Shown: in pieces, positions 18,553 through 27,009 of the stretch | How the letters are laid out: each line of letters starts with the position of its first letter | Position numbering within the stretch: the stretch's first letter is position 1 | Source of the DNA: Candidatus Tayloriibacteriota bacterium | GTDB taxonomy: Bacteria; Patescibacteriota; Minisyncoccia; Phycocordibacterales; PALSA-1337 | Length of the DNA: 64,000 nt | NCBI GenBank assembly: GCA_028286665.1 | Contig: JAQBRD010000026.1 | Span: 7,967 to 71,966, forward strand | Direction: 5' to 3' | Notes under the pieces: generated by a model | What the model saw: the letters and a program-made list of their open reading frames with translations, nothing else | Databases searched by the model: none | Told to the model about the DNA's origin: nothing | Made by a program: the position numbers and the translations under genes

Positions 18553-20031
18553 TTATTTTAATTTGGCTACGGTCTCCTCGATCATCCCTCTGAATCCGTG
18601 CGAGCCGAGGAAGACGATGACGTTTCCTGCGCCTGCATCTTCTCCGGATCGAGCTTCCGCGATGACTTTTGAGACGAGAGCGGCATCGTCTTCGATATAG
18701 ATGGCTTCTTTTTTCGCATGTGAAATATGGTCGGCGAGCTCCTGGCCTTCGAGGGGCTGATCCTTGGGATCGGTCTTCGTCTCATCTATCTTGAGCTTGG
18801 TGAGACGGGGAATGATGACAAGGTCCGCGTCCCTGAAAGCGCCGCCGTTTCTGTCATCGGTGCTCTTGTCGTATGCTCCGATCGAGCTCTTCTGGCGGCC
18901 GCCGATATTCGGCTCGTAGATCGCGATGATCTTCTTGCCGTAGACTTCTCGAATGCTTTCGAGTCCTGATGCGGCTTTTTCCGGAGTCGGCGCGTGCGTA
19001 TCGATGACAGTGATGCCGCTGTTCTGCGCAGCATCACCCGCCTGGCCGTCGAGCCGCCGTTCGAGTCTCCGCTTGATGCCTTTGAATGCAGCGAGAGCCG
19101 CGATGATCTTGTCGGCAGAAATTCCGATATGGTGAGCCATGGCGAATACTCCGGCGATATTCTCGACGTTGTAGCGTCCGAGCATCGGGGAGGCGACATG
19201 ATAGGCCTGTCCGGCGTGATCGATATCAAATGCGATGCCGGCTTTCGTATGCTGCACGCTGCGATATCGGTAGTCGACTTCTTCATTCATGCCATACGTG
19301 ACGACTTTCGCTGCCGCTGCGCCGATGATCTTGTTCACGCCCTCGTCATCCGCGCATGCGACGATCACGCCGCTTGCCGGAATGCCTGCGACGAGCTTTT
19401 CGAATGTCTTGAAATAATCTGCCTCGGTCGGGTAGAGGTCGGCATGATCCCATGAGACGGATGTGAGCAGGAGGTGCGTCGGATCGTAATATGCGAATTT
19501 CGGAAGCTTGTCGTAGATCGCGGTCTGATATTCGTCGCCTTCGACGACGCTCCATTTCGAAATGCTCGCATCGATGAGTGCGCCGGTCGGATGCGACATC
19601 GAGAGGCCTCCGGTGAAATAGCTCGGATTCATTCCTGCCTCGATGAGCACGAATGAGAGGAGGGCCGAAGTAGTCGTCTTGCCCCAAGTTCCGGCGGTGA
19701 CGATCGAATTCGGCCGGATGAAGTATTTCTGGAGGATTTGAGCGTACGGATAAAAGGGAATGCCGTGCTCTTTCGCATAGACGACCTCAGGATTCGAAAG
19801 GCTCGTGCCTGATCCGCCTACCATCACGACGTCTGGCTTGCCGATCTTTTCGGGGTGCCAGCCGGCATAGTACTCGATGCCGGCTTCGGCAAGATTCGTC
19901 GAAACGGGAGGGTAGAAGCCCTTGTCGCTGCCGGTCACTTTCCAGCCTGCTTGGTGAAAAGCGACGGCAAGCGCACCAGTGCCGACGCCGCAGATGCCGA
20001 CGATGTGGATGTGTTTCGGTTTATTTTCCAT
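18553..20031 (-). CDS. Mpl/MurC-family UDP-MurNAc:peptide ligase, divergent
   Basis: HIHIVGICG, VTGSDKGFYPPVS, GTWGKTTT, EGDEY, DHADLY, FKGIKRRLE. Confidence 0.85.
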   Translation of the reverse strand: MENKPKHIHIVGICGVGTGALAVAFHQAGWKVTGSDKGFYPPVSTNLAEAGIEYYAGWHPEKIGKPDVVMVGGSGTSLSNPEVVYAKEHGIPFYPYAQILQKYFIRPNSIVTAGTWGKTTTSALLSFVLIEAGMNPSYFTGGLSMSHPTGALIDASISKWSVVEGDEYQTAIYDKLPKFAYYDPTHLLLTSVSWDHADLYPTEADYFKTFEKLVAGIPASGVIVACADDEGVNKIIGAAAAKVVTYGMNEEVDYRYRSVQHTKAGIAFDIDHAGQAYHVASPMLGRYNVENIAGVFAMAHHIGISADKIIAALAAFKGIKRRLERRLDGQAGDAAQNSGITVIDTHAPTPEKAASGLESIREVYGKKIIAIYEPNIGGRQKSSIGAYDKSTDDRNGGAFRDADLVIIPRLTKLKIDETKTDPKDQPLEGQELADHISHAKKEAIYIEDDAALVSKVIAEARSGEDAGAGNVIVFLGSHGFRGMIEETVAKLK

Positions 20032-20692
20032 TGAGGATCATTTTAGCTTTTTCGAGGTCAGTCTGCCACATTTTGCCGTCGAACCATTCGAGACCGGCGA
20101 ACTGAAGCTTGTAGATGTCGCCTGGACGCTGGAGGGAACCGAGATAGATGAAGCGCTTGCCGGATTTCTTCGCATATTCGATCGCGGTGAGCATCATGCC
20201 CATGCCCATGTTTTTCGAAGCGGCAGCGAGATCATAGAAAGGGTAGCTATAGTGGAGCATCGCCGAGTTCTCATAGGCGATGCAGTAGGCGGCGGAAGCG
20301 GAGTTTTCTGCGCCGGTCGAATAGGCGAGGAGCGAATTGAAATTGCCCGCCGCTGCGTCTGTCAGGATTTCCTTGATCTTCACTGCGCTCATGATGCCGG
20401 GGCCGAATTTCGCTTCATAGAAATCCTTGGCGAGTTTGCCGAGCGACCAATGATAGTCGGCGAGCGGCAGCGGCTTCGTCGAGAGGGCAATGTTCGCCTC
20501 AGCAGCCTTTTTCAGGATGCGGCGGTTCTCGCTCGAGAGTTCGAATTTCGCGAGGTCGACGCGGACGCTTCGTGTCTGATGCATGACGCCCTTGCCGATG
20601 CGAGTGAAGACATAGCCGCGCTCATACTGCGCAGCGATATTCGCTTCGGAAAAATCCGCTATCGTCGTTTCGTCCCAATGAAGATATTCCAT
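20021..20692 (-). CDS. Bpt/ATE-like aminoacyl-tRNA-dependent transferase (GNAT fold)
   Basis: 'RSVRVDLAKFELSSENRRILKK', 'YPFYD', 'MG..M..AIEYAK..GK.FIYLG', 'YKLQF..LE' match the ATE N/C pattern. Confidence 0.72.
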   Translation of the reverse strand: MEYLHWDETTIADFSEANIAAQYERGYVFTRIGKGVMHQTRSVRVDLAKFELSSENRRILKKAAEANIALSTKPLPLADYHWSLGKLAKDFYEAKFGPGIMSAVKIKEILTDAAAGNFNSLLAYSTGAENSASAAYCIAYENSAMLHYSYPFYDLAAASKNMGMGMMLTAIEYAKKSGKRFIYLGSLQRPGDIYKLQFAGLEWFDGKMWQTDLEKAKMILNGK

Positions 20693-20731
20693 ATATATTT
20701 TGAAAGTGGTGGCTGCGATCCGCTGTTTCGC

Positions 20732-21862
20732 TTAGTGCAGCGAAAGCCAGACGCCGAAGATCACGAAGAAGAGATGCACGATCCAGAAGCGCATGATGGT
20801 CTTCTCTTCGCTCCAGCCGGTGAGCTCGAAGTGATGATGGAGCGGCGCCATCTTGAAGATGCGTCGGCCGAGGACATATCGGCCTGCGACCTGGATGAGC
20901 ACGGTGATCGCTTCGACATAGAAGAGGAAGCCGAGGAAGAAGATCGTGCCGATTTCGCCGATGGCGAGGGCATTGATGGCGAAGAGCGCTCCGATGCCGA
21001 GCGAGCCGACGTCGCCCATCTGGAATCTGGCAGGTTTGATATTGAAATACGTGTAGGCGATGAGCGCGCCGACGACGGTCGCATTGAGGATCGCGATGCG
21101 TCCGAAGCCGTCGAGCCACGAGAGCAGGGTAAGCGCCGAGAATGTCGTGATGAGCATGCCGCCGGCGAGGCCGTCCATGCCGTCGGCGATGTTGACCGCG
21201 TTCGCAGTGAACATGACGATGAAAATAATGATTGGGATGATCAGCCATCCGACGAAGACGTCGCCGACGAAAGGAAAGTATATATAGTGCCATGCGTCGC
21301 CGAGCTTGCCATAGATCCACCATGCTGACATGCTCCCGGCGAGGAATTGGAGTAGGAGCTTCTCGTGCACGTAGACGCCTTTGCCCGGATGCGAGCCGAG
21401 CCAGAGCGAAGCGCGCTTGAATACTGCCCATGGGAGCGTGATCGTATACCAGAATCTCATTTTGAATTCCTGATGCACGCGGATGAGCGTCATCGTCTGC
21501 GCGAGCGAACGGCTGCGGCGCTTCCGGCCGAAGATATTGAGGATGTCGTCGATGCCTCCGAGAAGCGCCGCGAAGACCATCACGCCGATCGGAACCCAGG
21601 TGAGCTTGCGATCCCAGTTGAAGAGCATCGTGACGACTGCGACCGTGACGATGATGAGCAATCCTCCCATGACCGGCGTATTGACCTTGCTCCGGCGGCT
21701 TTCCATCGTCAGCGTCGCATCATAGTCGTTGCGGCGGGTGACATTGAGCTTGCGGAGGAAGTCGATGAGGATCGGCGCCCAAAGGAAGGCGACGATGCAG
21801 GAAATGACGGCAAAGCCCAGAATATACGAGAGGCTGCCGATGTCGGAGGGAGTTATGAACAT
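20732..21862 (-). CDS. mraY: Phospho-MurNAc-pentapeptide transferase (MraY family) with a loop insertion
   Basis: TPVMGG, GGIDD, NAVNIADGMDGL, FNIKPARFQMGDVGS, FKMAPLHHHFE. Confidence 0.88.
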   Translation of the reverse strand: MFITPSDIGSLSYILGFAVISCIVAFLWAPILIDFLRKLNVTRRNDYDATLTMESRRSKVNTPVMGGLLIIVTVAVVTMLFNWDRKLTWVPIGVMVFAALLGGIDDILNIFGRKRRSRSLAQTMTLIRVHQEFKMRFWYTITLPWAVFKRASLWLGSHPGKGVYVHEKLLLQFLAGSMSAWWIYGKLGDAWHYIYFPFVGDVFVGWLIIPIIIFIVMFTANAVNIADGMDGLAGGMLITTFSALTLLSWLDGFGRIAILNATVVGALIAYTYFNIKPARFQMGDVGSLGIGALFAINALAIGEIGTIFFLGFLFYVEAITVLIQVAGRYVLGRRIFKMAPLHHHFELTGWSEEKTIMRFWIVHLFFVIFGVWLSLH

Positions 21863-21921
21863 GCCTTCAAGAATACCTTAAAACCCCTTTATTTTCAAAG
21901 GATTCACGGATATGGATACAA

Positions 21922-21950
21922 TTGACATATACCGTATAATATGTTATTAT
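21922..21950 (+). promoter_or_regulatory. Strong sigma70 promoter
   Basis: TTGACA-17 nt-TATTAT with extended TG. Confidence 0.65.
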
Positions 21951-22053
21951 ACAACACGATACACATTTGTTGGGCAAAACCCGGATTCCGCTGCGTGTGC
22001 AGCGAAGTCTCTTTGACAAAATAAAAAACAATACGGCACTACGGTTACATCGG

Positions 22054-23283
22054 ATGAAAAAACTGCTATTCCTATCGGCCCTGGTCTTCCAGGGGTTATT
22101 CACTTCAATCACAACCCAGGCTCAGTTGCAGCCGCTTCTCGTGCTCTCCGGTTCCGCGGAAATCGTTCAGAAAGACGAACGGATATCCATCGGTACCAAT
22201 CGCACGATCAAGGTGGTCTTCAGTTGCGGCACGCCTACCAACGCCTACGGAGTCCTGCTCGTGAGTCATCTTTCGGACGGATATCCTTGGAATGACACTT
22301 GGCTTCGTCTTGGCAATCAGGACTTCGCTGCTGGAAGCAATACGAATACGTATGTCGTCCCGACGAACATCATCGGGGCGGACCGCTTCAGCATTCAGCT
22401 GATGCAGGCGCTTCCTGATCACAGCGTCGTTCCGTTCGCAGAAAGCGAAATGTTCTTCATCGAAGAGGCTCCTGCTATCTCCGTTTCTCTCACCGAAGAA
22501 AATCGCGTGTGGAAAAGGGGAGAGACGAAGGAGATCAGCTTCATATGGGAAAATCTGAAAGTCGGCGATCCGTACTGGATCGTCATGGGGTTCGCTCAGA
22601 ATCACGGATGGCAGGGCGAAGCATACGGCTTCACTCTGCATCAGGGAATTTTTGATGCGGAGTCGGGATCGAAAACCATATCGGTAATCGTTCCGACGAA
22701 CATGGCAATCGGAGAGCACTTCGTGAGAGTCTCGTCGCCAGAAGCTTATAACTTCCTGACCGAGACTGTCTACGGAGCGCCGACGAATATTCCCACCGCT
22801 TCGAGAATCTCAGGCATCAATGTGGGTCCAATGAGTTCAGAAAAGCCCAGTGAGGTATCGCTAGACCTCGAAGGCATTCCTGGGCATACGTATCAAGTGC
22901 AGATGACTACGAACTTCGTGGATTGGACAACTTTCACGAATTCGCCGGTCGGCAGCCCTTCGGGGTACTTCTACTTCGATCGCTGGATCACGAATGACGT
23001 GAACAGCTTCTATCGGCTGAAGGAGATTCCGTATCTGAACGTCAGCTTCACCGTTTCTCCTGAACATCCTCATGTGAATGAGCCGGTCACTTGGACTGCG
23101 GTGGTATCAGGCGGCGATGGTCCGTATTACTACGGATGGACAGCCGTCGATGGGCTTACCGGAGAGGGATCGACCTTCACGGACACCTACGGAAATTCTT
23201 CGGCTGCCAGAGTGAAGCTAAATGTGAAATCGGGAGATCAGCAGGTCACGATTTCTTGCACAGTGCCTATCATCGAAAATTAG
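22054..23283 (+). CDS. Secreted beta-sandwich/PKD-like protein
   Basis: Signal peptide MKKLLFLSALVF; Ig-like repeats; C-terminal 'VTWTAVVSGGDGPYYYGW...GL' PKD-like domain. Confidence 0.7.
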   Translation: MKKLLFLSALVFQGLFTSITTQAQLQPLLVLSGSAEIVQKDERISIGTNRTIKVVFSCGTPTNAYGVLLVSHLSDGYPWNDTWLRLGNQDFAAGSNTNTYVVPTNIIGADRFSIQLMQALPDHSVVPFAESEMFFIEEAPAISVSLTEENRVWKRGETKEISFIWENLKVGDPYWIVMGFAQNHGWQGEAYGFTLHQGIFDAESGSKTISVIVPTNMAIGEHFVRVSSPEAYNFLTETVYGAPTNIPTASRISGINVGPMSSEKPSEVSLDLEGIPGHTYQVQMTTNFVDWTTFTNSPVGSPSGYFYFDRWITNDVNSFYRLKEIPYLNVSFTVSPEHPHVNEPVTWTAVVSGGDGPYYYGWTAVDGLTGEGSTFTDTYGNSSAARVKLNVKSGDQQVTISCTVPIIEN

Positions 23284-23306
23284 CTCCGTGCTTTAGTCAA
23301 AACGAA

Positions 23307-23354
23307 AGAACCCGCGCACACTTCGCAAGAAGCGTTCGCGGGTTTTCCTTTTTT
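23307..23354. terminator. Bidirectional intrinsic terminator
   Basis: AACCCGCG...CGCGGGTT stem with internal CTTC-GCAA-GAAG hairpin, A/T flanks, between convergent genes. Confidence 0.65.
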
Positions 23355-23362
23355 AAAATAAT

Positions 23363-24172
23363 TTATACAAACCAATTCAGTCGGCGGATCTCCGTGATCG
23401 ATTTCTTCGCGCGAGTGAATGTGAAATTCTCCTCGCCGGTTTTTCCAGCTTCGACCCATCGCTGCTCGAGGAGCGCCTTTTTCGGATCGGTGATATTGAT
23501 GACGCCCTGGCGGATGCCGTGCCCGTAGACGCCGTCGGTCGGCCATGCGATCGAGTGCGTGTAGTGGATCGCCGTCGGTATGAAATTCTGATACTCGATC
23601 TGGTGAATGAGAATGATGTGATCTCGCGCTCGATCTTCTTCGGATGCGTCAGGGTGCTTGATCATCGAAATGAAATCTCCCGGCTGAATGTCAGCGAGCG
23701 TGACGACGGAGCTGTTCTTGTCCGAAGCGAATGTCTGCACATTCGTATTCTCGGTCGGGCGGATCCTGCAGACAATTTTGCCGATGATGCCTTTCTTGCA
23801 GTAAGGAAATGAGAGGTGCCGATCGATCTGGCCTTTGCTGCGGCCGATGCTTTCCGCATTGAGCACGTAATAGACAAGTCCGGAGCAGTCGATGCCGAGC
23901 CGATGATCCACCATGAATTCTTTGAGAGCAGCGCCGGTGAACGAGCTCGGGACGATCTTCTCTTTGAGCGCGGTGATTTCCGCTTCCTCATATATATCGT
24001 GCGGACTGCCTTTGCCTTTGAGTGCGCGAAGTCCTGCGCGGAGTCCGGCCCGGCGGTTATTGAAATAGGGAACGGAGCAGATGCCGGAAAGCGTCGTGCC
24101 GCTGCCGATATGGAAATTACTGTATTGCTCGATGACTGCAAGCGCCCGGTCTGTGAGGAGTTTTGTATTCAT
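23363..24172 (-). CDS. NlpC/P60-like cysteine hydrolase
   Basis: GIDCSGLVYYVL, IQPGDFI, DHIILI, later His (HS). Confidence 0.7.
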   Translation of the reverse strand: MNTKLLTDRALAVIEQYSNFHIGSGTTLSGICSVPYFNNRRAGLRAGLRALKGKGSPHDIYEEAEITALKEKIVPSSFTGAALKEFMVDHRLGIDCSGLVYYVLNAESIGRSKGQIDRHLSFPYCKKGIIGKIVCRIRPTENTNVQTFASDKNSSVVTLADIQPGDFISMIKHPDASEEDRARDHIILIHQIEYQNFIPTAIHYTHSIAWPTDGVYGHGIRQGVINITDPKKALLEQRWVEAGKTGEENFTFTRAKKSITEIRRLNWFV

Positions 24173-24191
24173 GTGCGGTTATTGTTTCGTG

Positions 24192-25487
24192 TTATTTCGT
24201 AATTATCTCGACGATCTTCTTGCCGCGCAAATTGAATTTGGTATGCGTCTCCATGATGCCGCGGAGATTCTGGATGCGGATAAGGTCGGCATTCGGCTTC
24301 GTATTCGGATACTGGATCGTGATGAAGCCGGCTTCGTCGAGTTCCTTCGCTGCCTTGTCGCTCACTGATTTCTTCGAAGCAGTGACTCGCTGGATGATCT
24401 GCGCGCCATCATACACCGGGATGAGCGGCTGCACCGTGCCGCCGCCCTCGAGCGATGCGAGATGCGCTTCGAACGTCGTCACTCCCTCGAGGCCAGCGAC
24501 TCGGAGTCCGAGCTGGAGCTGGGATTCGAAGGTCGTGGAAGCCGGCTGGCGTGCGTTGATCTCGATGAGGCGGATCTCGTCGCGCTCCTCGTCATATATG
24601 AGATCGATGCCGAAGAGTCCGCGCCAGCCGGCGGCCTTCATCTTCTCTGCGGTCTTCTGCGCGATCTCATGGATCGTCGCCACGTTCTTTTCCGTGAGGA
24701 TGCTGTGCGTCAGGCTCCAGTCATTGCCGATCGTGCTCCATGGATTGTCGGTGAAGGGAAGCGAGCCGGTGATCTGATAGCTGATGTTCGCTTCGCCGGC
24801 GAGCAGTGGGAGCACGTTCGACGTGAATGTGGGGCCTTTCACGAATACCGAGACTCGCGCATCGCGGTCGGGGAATTTCTGCTGGATTTCCTGGAGCTGC
24901 TTTTCGTTCGTGACGAGGATGGTCCCGTCGCCGGTGTGGCTGTGCGCCCACTGAATGATGAAAGGGATGAATTCGTCTTTCACCGCATCGAGCTCGCCGG
25001 ATGTATTCCGATATGTCGGCTTGATATGCTTCGTCTGGAGGATCTGATGAGCGGGCAGATATGAAACGAGCTCGCCGAGGAATTCGACCTGCGTGATCTT
25101 GTTCTCGATCTTTTCAGCGAGCGCCGCCGGCGGATTCACGAGCTGCCAGCCATGCTTCTTCGCGAGCGCTTCGATGCGAGGCGCATTCTTGAAGACGACG
25201 AGCTTCGCGCCTTCGTCCTTTGTGCTTTTCGTGATCGAGGCGGCCACTTCGGGAATCGAAAGGAGTTCGTAGGTGCCGAGAGTTTCAGTTTCGATTCCGG
25301 CTGCTTCGCCTGCAGCTACAGGACGATCGATGAGCCAGACGTTGTCAGGATATTTCGCCTGGATCTTTTCGGCATACGGCGTGCGGTTCGTGATGATGAA
25401 ATAATTGCACAAGGCATTGGCTCCCGGCTCCATGCCGAGCGCCCGCTCGATATCCCTCGCTACATATATGACAGGAGACAGTTTCAT
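24192..25487 (-). CDS. ATP-grasp carboxylate-amine/peptide ligase
   Basis: ENK, HTGDGT loop, QITG....GNDW, GWRGLFGID, IEINAR. Confidence 0.82.
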   Translation of the reverse strand: MKLSPVIYVARDIERALGMEPGANALCNYFIITNRTPYAEKIQAKYPDNVWLIDRPVAAGEAAGIETETLGTYELLSIPEVAASITKSTKDEGAKLVVFKNAPRIEALAKKHGWQLVNPPAALAEKIENKITQVEFLGELVSYLPAHQILQTKHIKPTYRNTSGELDAVKDEFIPFIIQWAHSHTGDGTILVTNEKQLQEIQQKFPDRDARVSVFVKGPTFTSNVLPLLAGEANISYQITGSLPFTDNPWSTIGNDWSLTHSILTEKNVATIHEIAQKTAEKMKAAGWRGLFGIDLIYDEERDEIRLIEINARQPASTTFESQLQLGLRVAGLEGVTTFEAHLASLEGGGTVQPLIPVYDGAQIIQRVTASKKSVSDKAAKELDEAGFITIQYPNTKPNADLIRIQNLRGIMETHTKFNLRGKKIVEIITK

Positions 25488-25523
25488 GTTAGTGTGATGT
25501 GGTTAACCTACTATAGCATATTC

Positions 25524-26255
25524 ATGGCCATTTTCTACGTTATCGGCACTCCGATCGGCAATCTCGAAGACATCACGCTTCGGGCTATTCGCATCATGAA
25601 GGAAGTCGATCTCGTCCTCTGCGAAGACACGCGCATGACCCGCAAGCTGTTCGATAAGTACGCCATCCCGACCGCGAGCATGAGCTATCACGCGCAGAGC
25701 AAGCTTTCGAAGACCGATACGATCCTCGACATGCTCGCAGCCGGCAAGAACCTCGCGCTCGTTTCAGATGCCGGAACCCCGGGAATTTCAGATCCTGGAT
25801 CGATGCTCGTCTCGAAGATCCGAGAGCGCTTCGCTCCCGAGCTCGCTGCAGGAGAGATGAAAATTGAATCGATACCGGGGCCGTCTGCGCTCACCGCAGC
25901 GCTTTCTATTGCCGGAGTACCATGCTCGGATTTTACATTCCTCGGATTTCTTCCGCATAAGAAGGGCAGAGAGACGCTGTTCAAAGAGATGATCGCATCC
26001 GAACGCACGACAGTCTTTTATGAATCGCCGCACAGGATCCTGAAAGCACTCGAATCGATCGCTGCACTCTCTGCTGAACCAGCCGAAAAGTCGTATAAGG
26101 ACAAGGAGCTATCGCCGAAGCGCTTGACCATCGCCCGCGAGCTCACCAAGATGTTCGAACAGATCGTCTCGGGGACTCCAGCCGAAGTTCTCGCCTATTT
26201 CAATGCGCATCCGGACAAGGTCCGCGGCGAATTCGTCGTAATCATCTCGGCTTAA
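25524..26255 (+). CDS. rsmI: 16S rRNA C1402 2'-O-methyltransferase
   Basis: GTPIGNLEDITLRA, CEDTR, VSDAGTPGISDPG, YESPHR, ARELTK; start at MAIFYV. Confidence 0.95.
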   Translation: MAIFYVIGTPIGNLEDITLRAIRIMKEVDLVLCEDTRMTRKLFDKYAIPTASMSYHAQSKLSKTDTILDMLAAGKNLALVSDAGTPGISDPGSMLVSKIRERFAPELAAGEMKIESIPGPSALTAALSIAGVPCSDFTFLGFLPHKKGRETLFKEMIASERTTVFYESPHRILKALESIAALSAEPAEKSYKDKELSPKRLTIARELTKMFEQIVSGTPAEVLAYFNAHPDKVRGEFVVIISA

Positions 26256-26322
26256 TCTCCTCGGAAATAAGTGGTATACTGGTCCGAGCAGTGTCGACTA
26301 GTTAATTCAACCCGGAAATTAT

Positions 26323-26688
26323 ATGAACACACCACCTACTCAGTCAGAGTTGCGTGTTCAGGGGTTAGCCGAACACGTCAGCAAGGGCAATCACAAGGCC
26401 GCAATGGAATGCATCCTTCGTGAAAAACAAGGTTCATCGCGAATAGCGCTCATATCGAAGCTCGTCCATTTCATCCAGACGAACAGATCGCATTTCAAGA
26501 AGGGAAATGATGAATTCAAGCCGATCATCGAAGCTCTTCTCAAGGTCCAAGACATTGATTCTGCAGTCATGCTGGCGCCTGTTCTCAGCCAGAGCCTCCG
26601 AAAGCAGGCAGATGCTGAAATAGACGCCGCAAGGGAGACCCTCGCAGAAAAGATCATCGCAGCGATCCGCTCCAAGACCGATATGTGA
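26323..26688 (+). CDS. Hypothetical helical protein
   Basis: ORF with upstream TGgTATACT and a downstream terminator. Confidence 0.6.
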   Translation: MNTPPTQSELRVQGLAEHVSKGNHKAAMECILREKQGSSRIALISKLVHFIQTNRSHFKKGNDEFKPIIEALLKVQDIDSAVMLAPVLSQSLRKQADAEIDAARETLAEKIIAAIRSKTDM

Positions 26689-26707
26689 ACGGAATAAGCG
26701 AAATCAC

Positions 26708-26757
26708 ATGGCCGGCAGCATTCATCCGCTGCCGGTCATTTCGTTTTCATTTTATTT
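26708..26757 (+). terminator. Intrinsic terminator
   Basis: ATGGCCGGCAGC-loop-GCTGCCGGTCAT followed by a T-rich tract. Confidence 0.7.
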
Positions 26758-26784
26758 TGAAAAATAATCCTGTATACTAGTGGC

Positions 26785-27006
26785 ATGTCAAAAAGACAAG
26801 TATTGATGATTCTCGGAATCTGGGTAATGGTGTTCATGTTCCTCGGAGTGACGCCTTTCTGGCTGAAGATCTTCGCCGTCATAACCGGCGCGATCATCGT
26901 CGGCATCACAGTCACGCTTCGGCAGGAGGTCGAGATTCACCATGTGCCTCAGCAGCAGAAGCCGACTCCCGTACCGTCGGCAGTTTCCGAAAATAATCCG
27001 CAATAA
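26785..27006 (+). CDS. Small two-TM membrane protein
   Basis: 'LGIWVMVFMFLG.P..W.K...ITG'; TATACT 6 nt upstream. Confidence 0.65.
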   Translation: MSKRQVLMILGIWVMVFMFLGVTPFWLKIFAVITGAIIVGITVTLRQEVEIHHVPQQQKPTPVPSAVSENNPQ

Positions 27007-27009
27007 GCC

